NCBI GenBank assembly: GCA_964565945.1
Contig: CAZMGY010000035.1
Location: 10,335 to 42,334 of the forward strand
Direction of reading: 5' to 3'
Source of the DNA: an uncultured bacterium
GTDB lineage: Bacteria; GCA-001730085
Length of the DNA: 32,000 nt
Shown: piece by piece, positions 8,352 to 16,590 of the stretch
Layout of the letters: the number at the start of each line of letters is the position of its first letter
Position numbering within the stretch: position 1 is the stretch's first letter
Translations under genes and position numbers: made by a program
Notes under the pieces: model-generated
Told to the model about the DNA's origin: nothing
The model's input: the letters and a program-made list of their open reading frames with translations, nothing else
Database searches by the model: none

Positions 8352-9188
8352 ATGATAATGATGTTTAATGACATGTTAAAATTAAAGAAGCCCTATGTGG
8401 TTGTAGGTCTTATCATTTTGGTGGCTGCCACTCACTTTGAACTTGTTCGACACAACGACATGAAGTGGCAAAAAAAATATTCTGATCTCCAGGAGCAACA
8501 TCAAAACACCGTGCGCGAGGCGGATAAGTTGCAAAAACGCTTGGAAACTATGGAGCAATTTTTGGAGGAAACCAACGTTCGTCAAGTGATTGAAGCCAAT
8601 GAACACAAGGTTGCTCAAATGGCTCAGTTGCGACAACAGCTTTTAGGCTTTCAAAGTGTAGAGGCTCAATTGCGTCGTCGCTTAAGTCAGCTGGAAGAAG
8701 TGTTTGAGCACAAAGATGCCGAATGGCAAAAAGATTTAGATCGTCAGGAGAAAAATCTTCGCCAAAAAATTAGTGTTGAGCAGGGGCGTGTGCAAAAATT
8801 ACGCAACGACTTGCAAGCGTTAACCCAAAGACCCCTTTATAATTTGTCCCAGAAATATGTTGCCAATGGTGTCGATATTTCCGATTTAGTGGTAAGGCTT
8901 CGTTTTTTGAAGTACTTGTCTGAGCATGTTGAGGGCAGTATGGTGGCCAAAAAAGTAGCCTACAAACAATTACTGGACGATTTTAGATCGGTCTTAAAGA
9001 GTGATGCCTATGTTCGCAAATTGAAACCAGTCAAAATATACCCAGATGTTCCAATCATGGCCGATTTCAAAGGTAGATATATCGACAAAAAAACCTTGAA
9101 CGAAGATAATTATGTAGGTGAAAGTAATCAGCGTATCGCTGAACAATTGGGATATTTACTTGACTATATCAAGATGACATATGTATGA
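8352..9188 (+). CDS. Membrane-anchored coiled-coil protein, function unknown
   Basis: It has an N-terminal hydrophobic helix (YVVVGLIILVAATHF) followed by about 130 aa of heptad-like Q/E/K/R/L-rich sequence. Its stop overlaps the next start (ATGA). The true start may be the ATG at 8358 or 8361, which gives better spacing from GAGGGG. Confidence 0.6.
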   Translation: MIMMFNDMLKLKKPYVVVGLIILVAATHFELVRHNDMKWQKKYSDLQEQHQNTVREADKLQKRLETMEQFLEETNVRQVIEANEHKVAQMAQLRQQLLGFQSVEAQLRRRLSQLEEVFEHKDAEWQKDLDRQEKNLRQKISVEQGRVQKLRNDLQALTQRPLYNLSQKYVANGVDISDLVVRLRFLKYLSEHVEGSMVAKKVAYKQLLDDFRSVLKSDAYVRKLKPVKIYPDVPIMADFKGRYIDKKTLNEDNYVGESNQRIAEQLGYLLDYIKMTYV

Positions 9189-10351
9189 CGGCACTTCTTG
9201 ATAAAATTTTTCATCGCCCCGCTAAAAGGGTTCTTATCCTTTATGTAAACCCTAATTCGGGTCATCATTCGGCCGCCTTAGCCATTCAGGACGCTTTTGC
9301 TCGTGAACACCCTCAGGTCGAAACAACAGTTTTGGACTTTATGAAGTTTGTTAATCCAGTTTTAGCCCAATTGATGGGTCGAGCTTATTGGAGCGTGATT
9401 CGAAGATCTCCAGGAACTTGGCAGTATCTTTATGATAACCGTAAGGTGATGCAAGCCACTGAAAGAATGCGTAACTTAACGACACGCTTGAACCTTAATC
9501 GTATTCGTAAAGTTATCACCGATGTGAAGCCACATGTTGTGATTTGTACGCAGGCCATTCCCTGTGGAGGTCTTGCCTACTACAAGCGTAAGAAAAATAT
9601 GCCGTTTCCTTTGGTTGCGGTGAGCACCGATTTTATGGCGCATTCGTATTGGTTTCACGAGGAGGTGAATCGTTACGTTGTGCCTTCCAAGCGCGAACAG
9701 GTGCGTTTGGTCAGTGAAGGAATTAATGCGGAAACGATTCGTGATTTTGGGATTCCAATTCATCCGAAATTTTCTGAGCAGAGAGATACGATGATGATCA
9801 AAGAAAAACATGGTTTGGATCCGAATATGTTCACGTTTCTGATCATGGGGGGATCGCAAGGGCTAGGTCGAATCGATATTGTTGTCGAGCAGTTGCTAAA
9901 AATTCAAGCCGATTTTCAACTTTTGATTGTTGCGGGAACAAATAAAAGCTTGCTCAAAGACTTAAACGGTTATCAGAAAAGAGGTAAATATGAGCGTTTG
10001 ATTAAAGTGTATTCCCATGTGGATTATATCGAAGACTTGATGGCAATGGCTAATCTTTTAATCACTAAGCCGGGAGGCCTAACATGTTCGGAGGCGATGA
10101 CTCAGAATTGCCCTATGATTTTGGTGCATCCTCTTCCTGGTCAAGAACGACAGAATGCTGAGTATTTGGTTTCGGAAAATGTGGCCATTGGGATTGACAG
10201 TGTGGATGAGTTGATTAAACTATTACGAAGCATTCTTAAGGATCAGAAAATTTTGAAAGAAATTATTTTGCAACAGCAACGTTTGAGTCGACCATATGCT
10301 GCTAAAAGCATCGTGGATATGGTAATGCAGGGAGATTTATGCAATACATAG
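9185..10351 (+). CDS. MGDG-synthase-like / GT28-family diacylglycerol glycosyltransferase
   Basis: The N-terminus RVLILYVNPNSGHHSAALAIQDAF is the typical MGDG_synth-domain start. The C-terminal half carries GT-B motifs (MGGSQG ... ITKPGGLTCSEAM ... PGQERQNAEYL). Confidence 0.8.
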   Translation: MTALLDKIFHRPAKRVLILYVNPNSGHHSAALAIQDAFAREHPQVETTVLDFMKFVNPVLAQLMGRAYWSVIRRSPGTWQYLYDNRKVMQATERMRNLTTRLNLNRIRKVITDVKPHVVICTQAIPCGGLAYYKRKKNMPFPLVAVSTDFMAHSYWFHEEVNRYVVPSKREQVRLVSEGINAETIRDFGIPIHPKFSEQRDTMMIKEKHGLDPNMFTFLIMGGSQGLGRIDIVVEQLLKIQADFQLLIVAGTNKSLLKDLNGYQKRGKYERLIKVYSHVDYIEDLMAMANLLITKPGGLTCSEAMTQNCPMILVHPLPGQERQNAEYLVSENVAIGIDSVDELIKLLRSILKDQKILKEIILQQQRLSRPYAAKSIVDMVMQGDLCNT

Positions 10352-11205
10352 CTTACCGCATAGCTTTTTTGATTAGGTCTTTAGGATCGTTAAAGTTTCA
10401 CTATTGGGTAGGGCGAAGATTTATTGATATTTGGCTTTTGATTAAACGCAAAGATGGACGGATCGTTCATAAAAATTTAAAGAACATTGGGTTTTCCGAA
10501 AAATACATTCGTGATAACCACATGATCAAGCAAACATTTTATAATTTTGCGTATTACTGGATTGATTTTTTGCACAGTGATGATATTTCGGAAGATGATG
10601 TGGATCAGTGCTTTGTGTGTGATCATTTGCATCATATTGACAGGCCTTATATTTTGAAAAAAGGTGTGATTCCGCTAACGGCGCATATTGGTAACTGGGA
10701 GCTTGGGGGCGTGGCTCTAGGTGTTTGGGGCTATCGGGTGAGTGTTGTGGCTTTAGATCATGCTGACCAACGAGTAAATGATTTTTTTGTGCGTCGACGT
10801 GAGTTGAAGGGGGTCAAAACTATTCCTTTAGGCAAAGCTGGCAAAGAATGTTTGGCAGAACTTAAAAAAGGCCACCTGTTGGCGTTGGTGGGTGATCGAG
10901 TGTTTGATTCTGCGGAGAAAGTGCAACGTGTGCCTTTCTTTGGACATCACTTGAATATTCCTCGTGGGCCCTTTGTTTTGGCGTTAAAAACAGGGGCATG
11001 GATTGTTCCGACATTTTTTTTACGTGAAGGGTGTGGCTATTATCGCTTTAGCTGTCATGCACCGATCAAGCCCGAAGACTATGCCGAACAGGATAAGGAT
11101 CAAGCGTTAAGCCAAATGGCGTTGGCTTATGTTAAGGTTTTGGAGCAAGTGGTGAAGCAAACCCCCACCCAGTGGTTTGTTTTTCAAGATGTGTGGGTGA
11201 GTTAG
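10339..11205 (+). CDS. LpxL/HtrB-family (lipid A biosynthesis-type / lysophospholipid) acyltransferase
   Basis: 288 aa with the family active-site motif AHIGNWELGG and the size typical of Lip_A_acyltrans proteins. It overlaps the upstream glycosyltransferase by 13 nt. Confidence 0.75.
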   Translation: MQYIAYRIAFLIRSLGSLKFHYWVGRRFIDIWLLIKRKDGRIVHKNLKNIGFSEKYIRDNHMIKQTFYNFAYYWIDFLHSDDISEDDVDQCFVCDHLHHIDRPYILKKGVIPLTAHIGNWELGGVALGVWGYRVSVVALDHADQRVNDFFVRRRELKGVKTIPLGKAGKECLAELKKGHLLALVGDRVFDSAEKVQRVPFFGHHLNIPRGPFVLALKTGAWIVPTFFLREGCGYYRFSCHAPIKPEDYAEQDKDQALSQMALAYVKVLEQVVKQTPTQWFVFQDVWVS

Positions 11206-11805
11206 ATGTTTACAATGACGCGAGTGTTGCGAAAAACATATGATTGGATTTTGTCGTGGGCGAATAGCCCCTATGCTATTTGGGCGTTGGGTTTAGTAGC
11301 TTTGGTGGAGTCTTCATTTTTTCCGATTCCTCCCGATGTGTTGTTGATGGCCTTGTGTGTTGCTCGTCCTAATAAAGCTTGGCAATATGCTTTGGTGTGT
11401 TCGATAGGTTCAGTTGTTGGGGGAGCTCTGGGTTACGTGATTGGCCTTGCGGCTTTTGAAAGTTTTGGCTTGCCTATTTTGAATTTTTATGGCGCAATGG
11501 ATAAATATGAATGGTTGAGCCATTTGTATCAAAAACATGATGCAATGGTGGTGTTTATTGCGGGTTTTACGCCAATTCCATATAAAGTGTTCACCTTAGC
11601 GGCGGGTGTTTTTCAGGTGAACTTTCCTGTTTTTATTGGGGCTTCAGTGCTGAGTCGCTCCTTGCGATTTGTTCTGATTGCAGGGATGTTTAAAAAATTT
11701 GGCCCTAAAATCAAAGACAAAATTGATCGTTATTTTGGTTGGTTTTCTTATGGTTTTGTGATTTTATTGGTCGCAGGATTTGCTGTGGTGAAGTTTGTTT
11801 TGTAG
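11206..11805 (+). CDS. YqaA/DedA-type (SNARE-associated domain) inner-membrane protein
   Basis: 199 aa. The N-terminus SPYAIWALGLVALVESSFFPIPPDVLL is the YqaA-like signature, and there are multiple TM segments. The ATG directly follows the stop of the acyltransferase. Confidence 0.75.
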   Translation: MFTMTRVLRKTYDWILSWANSPYAIWALGLVALVESSFFPIPPDVLLMALCVARPNKAWQYALVCSIGSVVGGALGYVIGLAAFESFGLPILNFYGAMDKYEWLSHLYQKHDAMVVFIAGFTPIPYKVFTLAAGVFQVNFPVFIGASVLSRSLRFVLIAGMFKKFGPKIKDKIDRYFGWFSYGFVILLVAGFAVVKFVL

Positions 11806-12044
11806 GTGTATGCTGTGATTGAGGGTTGCGACGAAGAGATCACGGAAGGACAGTTTAGAGAGGGAAATATGGAACAAAAATAATTTTTTCATCTTGCGGT
11901 GGTGGTGATTTTAGGCGTGGCTATCGTAGCCTTTGCTTTTTTAGTGTGGTTGATTTATTTCTTCTTGCACGTAGGGAGTTAGTTTTTGCTTATTTGTTAT
12001 CATATAATTAACTTATATTTATCATGAATAAAATGGATTGAATA

Positions 12045-13319
12045 ATGAAAGAGATTAAACTAGGAATAGCTGGTTTGGGAACGGTGGGAGCTGGTGTTGT
12101 TGATATTTTGCAACGCCGTCGTCAAGATTTTCAAAAACTGTATGGGGTCGATATTGATATTGTAGTCATTGTTGTTCGTGATTTGAGTCATGATCGAGGC
12201 GTGGCTATAGATTCATCGTTATTAACCACTGACCGAAATGCATTAAAAGATGTTGATGTGGTGGTGGAGCTCATTGGGGGCGATACTGTGGCCAAAGAGA
12301 TTGTTCTTAAAGCTTTGCAAAATGGGCAGCATGTGGTGACGGCCAACAAAGCTTTACTTGCAAATCATTGGAATGAAATTTTTAGGGAAGTGGCTAAGGC
12401 TCAGGTGATGCTTAAGTTTGAAGCGGCGGTGGCTGGGGCGATTCCAGTGATTAAAGTGGTTCAAGAAAGTTTATCTGGTAATCACATAGAAAGTCTCAAA
12501 GGGATTATCAACGGAACAGCTAACTACATTTTATCGGAGATGGAGCAACGCCATGAGGATTTGGCTCCTATCTTGAAAGAGGCCCAAGATTTGGGTTATG
12601 CCGAAGCGGAGCCAACTTTTGATATTGATGGGATTGATGTTGCACACAAACTTTGCATTTTGGTGGCGCTAGCTTTTGGGCTAAATATATCTTTGAATGA
12701 CTTTCATGTGGAAGGTATTCGTCATTTGCAGTTGGAAGACTTGGTTCATGCTCAGAAACTTGGTTATCATATTAAACTTTTGGCAATTGCCAAAAAGCAT
12801 GGGGGACAGATTGAGGCACGTGTCCATCTGGCACTTGTGCCTGATACACAGGTATTAGCGGCGGTATCTGGGGCTTATAATGCCGTTGATATTAAAGGTA
12901 ACGCCAGTGGAGATATTTTACTTTATGGTCAGGGCGCGGGACGTTATCCTACAGCTAGTGCTGTTGTGGGAGACATTCTTGATGTGGCGAGGGTATGGCC
13001 TGAAGGCCCGACTGAGATGCCATTATTAGATGCTTCGGACAAAAGTTTAATGCCGATGGGCGATGTTCAAACACGTTATTATTTACGTTTGAGTGTTTGT
13101 GATTGTCCTGGTGTGTTGGCACAAATTACCAATATTTTTGGACAGCATTCGATTGGCATCGCTTCAGTGATCCAAAAAGAGTGGTCTCAAGGCGATATGA
13201 TTCCTTTGGTGATCATGACTGATATCGCCAAGGAAGCTAATGTGCAGAACGCACTGAAGGAAATAACAAAGCTAGACACCGTAGCGACGGAATCTGTGTT
13301 GATGCGTGTGGAAGATTAA
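12045..13319 (+). CDS. hom: Homoserine dehydrogenase with C-terminal ACT domain
   Basis: It has the NAD-binding start IKLGIAGLGTVGAGV, the catalytic region ANKALLA ... GIINGTANYILS ... LGYAEAEPTFDIDGIDVAHKL, and an ACT-like tail. Confidence 0.9.
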   Translation: MKEIKLGIAGLGTVGAGVVDILQRRRQDFQKLYGVDIDIVVIVVRDLSHDRGVAIDSSLLTTDRNALKDVDVVVELIGGDTVAKEIVLKALQNGQHVVTANKALLANHWNEIFREVAKAQVMLKFEAAVAGAIPVIKVVQESLSGNHIESLKGIINGTANYILSEMEQRHEDLAPILKEAQDLGYAEAEPTFDIDGIDVAHKLCILVALAFGLNISLNDFHVEGIRHLQLEDLVHAQKLGYHIKLLAIAKKHGGQIEARVHLALVPDTQVLAAVSGAYNAVDIKGNASGDILLYGQGAGRYPTASAVVGDILDVARVWPEGPTEMPLLDASDKSLMPMGDVQTRYYLRLSVCDCPGVLAQITNIFGQHSIGIASVIQKEWSQGDMIPLVIMTDIAKEANVQNALKEITKLDTVATESVLMRVED

Positions 13320-13340
13320 GTTTAGAGTGAGGATAAATTC

Positions 13341-14411
13341 ATGCAAAAGTGTATGCACAACAAAGGTGTGATTGAATGTTACCGGTCCTTTTTACCTGTG
13401 AGTGATACAACGAGGGTTGTGTCTTTACATGAAGGAAATACGCCTCTTATCAAAGCCGAAAATTTATCGAAGAAAATTTGCCCTTCTCTTGATATTTATT
13501 TGAAATACGAAGGACTCAATCCAACAGGGTCTTTCAAAGACCGTGGGATGACGATGGCTATCACTAAGGCGCACGAGGAAGGGGCAACGACTGTGATGTG
13601 TGCTTCGACGGGGAATACCTCAGCGGCGGCGGCGGCATATGCCGCAAAGTGTGGCATGACCTGTGTCGTGCTTATTCCCGAAGGGAAAATTGCTTTAGGC
13701 AAGTTGGCTCAGGCGATGATTTATAACGCTAAGGTGATTCAGGTGTGTGGTAATTTTGATGAAGCATTGAAGCAAGTATGTACTATCACCGATAATTATC
13801 CGATCACTCTTGTCAACTCGATTAATCCTTATCGGATTGAAGGGCAAAAAACAGCGAGCTTCGAGATTGTTGATGCTTTTGGTGATGCACCTGTTTACCA
13901 GGCCATTCCGGTGGGCAATGCAGGAAACATTACGGCCTATTGGAAAGGTTACAAAGAGTACAAGGAGGTCGGTAAAAGCACTCATTTGCCAAAAATGTTA
14001 GGGTTTCAAGCGGCGGGTGCTGCTCCGATTGTTCATGGTCATCCGATTGAAAACCCAGAAACCTTGGCCACTGCGATTCGTATTGGTAATCCAGCCAGCT
14101 GGCAAGGAGCCGAAGCTGCTCGCGATGAATCAGGCGGTTTGATTGAAGCGGTGACCGATGAGCAAATTCTTGAAGCGTATCAAATGTTAGCTAGTCTTGA
14201 AGGTATTTTTGTTGAGCCTGCCTCGGCAGTGTCGCTGGCTGGTGTGATTCAAAAAGCTAAGCAAGGTTACTTTAGTAACGAAAAGGCTTCGGTGGTATGT
14301 ACTTTAACAGGGCATGGACTCAAAGACCCTGATAATGCTATTAAGTGCACTCAAACTCCAGGAATTGTTGATAATGATACTCAAGCTATTCTTAAAGCTG
14401 TGGGACTGTAA
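13341..14411 (+). CDS. thrC: Threonine synthase (short, Bacillus-type)
   Basis: It is near-collinear with remembered B. subtilis ThrC: EGNTPLI, NPTGSFKDRGM (PLP lysine), ASTGNTSAAAAAYAA, NSINPYRIEGQKT, PVGNAGNITAYWKG, IRIGNPASW. GAGGA lies 7 nt upstream of the ATG. Confidence 0.92.
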   Translation: MQKCMHNKGVIECYRSFLPVSDTTRVVSLHEGNTPLIKAENLSKKICPSLDIYLKYEGLNPTGSFKDRGMTMAITKAHEEGATTVMCASTGNTSAAAAAYAAKCGMTCVVLIPEGKIALGKLAQAMIYNAKVIQVCGNFDEALKQVCTITDNYPITLVNSINPYRIEGQKTASFEIVDAFGDAPVYQAIPVGNAGNITAYWKGYKEYKEVGKSTHLPKMLGFQAAGAAPIVHGHPIENPETLATAIRIGNPASWQGAEAARDESGGLIEAVTDEQILEAYQMLASLEGIFVEPASAVSLAGVIQKAKQGYFSNEKASVVCTLTGHGLKDPDNAIKCTQTPGIVDNDTQAILKAVGL

Positions 14412-14794
14412 ACTATTGTTTGTATAAGTTCTGTGTAGCAACTGTGATGTGATATTTTGGAATAAGGAATATGCATAATGTTTGTGTTGAAGACTCTTTC
14501 TGTTCGAAAATGAAGGAGTTTTTTTTTGCGTATTCCTTGGTTTGCTGAGCTTTGGCAATATTGCAGAAGGGTTTTTAATTGCCTCATCAGTGCCTAAGGG
14601 AGGGGGGCATGGAATCGTTACTGTTATAAAAGCTTTGGATGCGATGTCTCCCAACTACTGTATTCAGCTGTTATAAAAGCGTATGCGAGTTTAGCATCTG
14701 CCGTTGCCGAAGAACGTCTGAATGTTATGCAAGTACTGGGAAAAGTTCAAAGCTAAAGAGCGAAGCAATAAGCTCTTAATCGCATCGACCTTAC

Positions 14795-16399
14795 TCAAGT
14801 TTTATCTCTAGAAGCTTTCTTTTTGGCGTGAGTGATTAAGGGTGCTTTACCTTTGGTTTTAAAGCTGGCCACGATTGTTTCGGCTAGATCAAAAGGAACC
14901 GTTACAAAGGAAAAACTATCCAAGATTTGAATGTCGCGAATTTGCTTGATGGGCACGTTGCTTTGCGATGTGATTTTTTTAAGGAGCTTGTTAGGGGTTA
15001 AATTATCTTTTTTGCCAAGGGCTACAAATAAGCGCGTTTTGCCTTTGGTGTCGACAGATTTCTTTGAAGATGACACGTCTTTAACATCTTTGTACAGGTT
15101 GGGGTTGAGAGCGTCATCAAAGGTATAATTTAGTAAGGCCGAAATGATCTTGTGAGGAGGATGCTGGCTTAAAAGTTCTTCGGCCCAATTGGTGTATCGA
15201 AGTTCTTGGGTGCTTTCTAGGTAGCGTTGAATGTCATCTTGAAACTTTTTCTTTTTAGCTTGAATAAGTTCTTGAACTTCAGGCACTTTAGATTTTTTAA
15301 TATCTGTTTTGGCTATCCTTTGGATGAACATCAGTTGTTTGTATTCTCGTGGCGTGATAAAGGTGATCGCTGTTCCCGAATTGCCAGCACGTCCTGTACG
15401 ACCAATTCTGTGGACATAGGATTCGGGATCCTGAGGTAGAGAGTAATTAATCACATGGCTGAGGTTATCGATATCGATGCCACGGGCGGCGACATCGGTG
15501 GCAATCAAAATGGTGATGTCTTGTTTGCGAAAACGTTGAAACATTTTTTCTCGCAAGTTTTGGCTGATATCACCGTGCACACATCCAGCATCGTAGCCAC
15601 GGCTATTCAAATGACTGGTGAGGGCATCGACATCTTTTTTGGTGCGACAAAAAATCAGACCGTAGAAGGCCTCTTCCATATCGAGGATACGGCATAAAGC
15701 TTCGAACTTATCGCTTTCTTGGACTTCAAAATAAATTTGTTCGGTTAAATTGCTGGTGAGTTGTTCTTTTTTGATTGTGATTTGGTGATGCTCCGGCATG
15801 TATCTTTGGGCGAGCTTTTGGACGCCCTTGGGCATTGTAGCTGAAAATAAAAAGGTTCGTTTGTCTCGAGGTGTGTGACTCATAATGTATTCCATGTCTT
15901 CAATGAAACCCATGCTGAGCATTTCGTCGGCTTCGTCTAAAATGAGATAGCGAATGTGTGATAACTTTAAGCTACCACGCTTGATGTGATCAATGATACG
16001 TCCAGGTGTGCCGACCACAATGTGAACGCCCTTTTTGAGACGACGAAGTTGTTGGTCAATGGATTGTCCCCCGTAGACGGGTAGTGTTCTCAGTTCGGAC
16101 TCTCCTCTAAAGGAGTGCATTTCTTCTGAAACCTGGAGTGCCAGTTCACGTGTCGGTGCCAAAATGAGAGCCTGAATTTGGTTGATGTTAGCATCAACCA
16201 AGTCAACCAAGGGCAATCCGAAAGCGGCTGTTTTTCCTGTTCCTGTTTGAGCTTGAGCGATAAGATCGCGCGTTTCATTCAAAAGGAAAGGAATCGATTG
16301 CATTTGAACGGGAGTAGGCTCTTCAAAGCCTTTGGCTGTAATGGCGTTAAGTGTGGCCTTAGAAAGATTAAGGTCTTGAAAACGAATAGTATCTGTCAT
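14795..16399 (-). CDS. deaD: DEAD-box ATP-dependent RNA helicase with C-terminal DbpA/CsdA-type RNA-binding domain
   Basis: Motifs present are the Q motif (FEEPTPVQ), AQTGTGKT, PTRELA, DEAD, SAT, ARGID and HRIGRTGRAG. The C-terminal region RLFVALGKKDNLTPNKLLKKI...FVTVP resembles the DbpA RNA-binding domain. Confidence 0.9.
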   Translation of the reverse strand: MTDTIRFQDLNLSKATLNAITAKGFEEPTPVQMQSIPFLLNETRDLIAQAQTGTGKTAAFGLPLVDLVDANINQIQALILAPTRELALQVSEEMHSFRGESELRTLPVYGGQSIDQQLRRLKKGVHIVVGTPGRIIDHIKRGSLKLSHIRYLILDEADEMLSMGFIEDMEYIMSHTPRDKRTFLFSATMPKGVQKLAQRYMPEHHQITIKKEQLTSNLTEQIYFEVQESDKFEALCRILDMEEAFYGLIFCRTKKDVDALTSHLNSRGYDAGCVHGDISQNLREKMFQRFRKQDITILIATDVAARGIDIDNLSHVINYSLPQDPESYVHRIGRTGRAGNSGTAITFITPREYKQLMFIQRIAKTDIKKSKVPEVQELIQAKKKKFQDDIQRYLESTQELRYTNWAEELLSQHPPHKIISALLNYTFDDALNPNLYKDVKDVSSSKKSVDTKGKTRLFVALGKKDNLTPNKLLKKITSQSNVPIKQIRDIQILDSFSFVTVPFDLAETIVASFKTKGKAPLITHAKKKASRDKT

Positions 16400-16571
16400 G
16401 AAAGTCTCTTTGTGTTTAGATGTGGTTTATTGATCTGTTACTTTTGTACTATATTATATAATAAAAATAAAATAATTGCATAAAAAACATGTTTATTCAT
16501 AAAAAAAAATATTTTCGGTTTTGTTCTAAGTCGTCCCGACCTAAAAGGCACGAGTTTTTTTTGTATTTTCT

Positions 16572-16580
16572 TGGTATAAT
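16572..16580 (+). promoter_or_regulatory. Extended -10 element (TGgTATAAT) immediately upstream of the ApgM-like gene
   Basis: The sequence tggtataat sits at 16572-16580. The conserved protein start (ATG 16591) is only 10 nt downstream of the -10 hexamer. Confidence 0.35.
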
Positions 16581-16590
16581 CGCAGGCATT

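Noticed and set aside
14639-14779. 46-aa six-cysteine ORF in the thrC/helicase spacer
   Set aside because: It has no RBS, and an alternative frame over the same bases looks equally protein-like. It cannot be distinguished from chance, so it is mentioned only as part of the spacer finding.
16489-16590. 34-aa N-terminal extension of the ApgM-like ORF (MFIHKKKYFRFCSKSSRPKRHEFF...)
   Set aside because: It is AT-rich, highly basic and low-complexity, and unlike the family N-terminus, which starts at MKYIIICLDGMSDHP. A promoter-like extended -10 element lies inside it.
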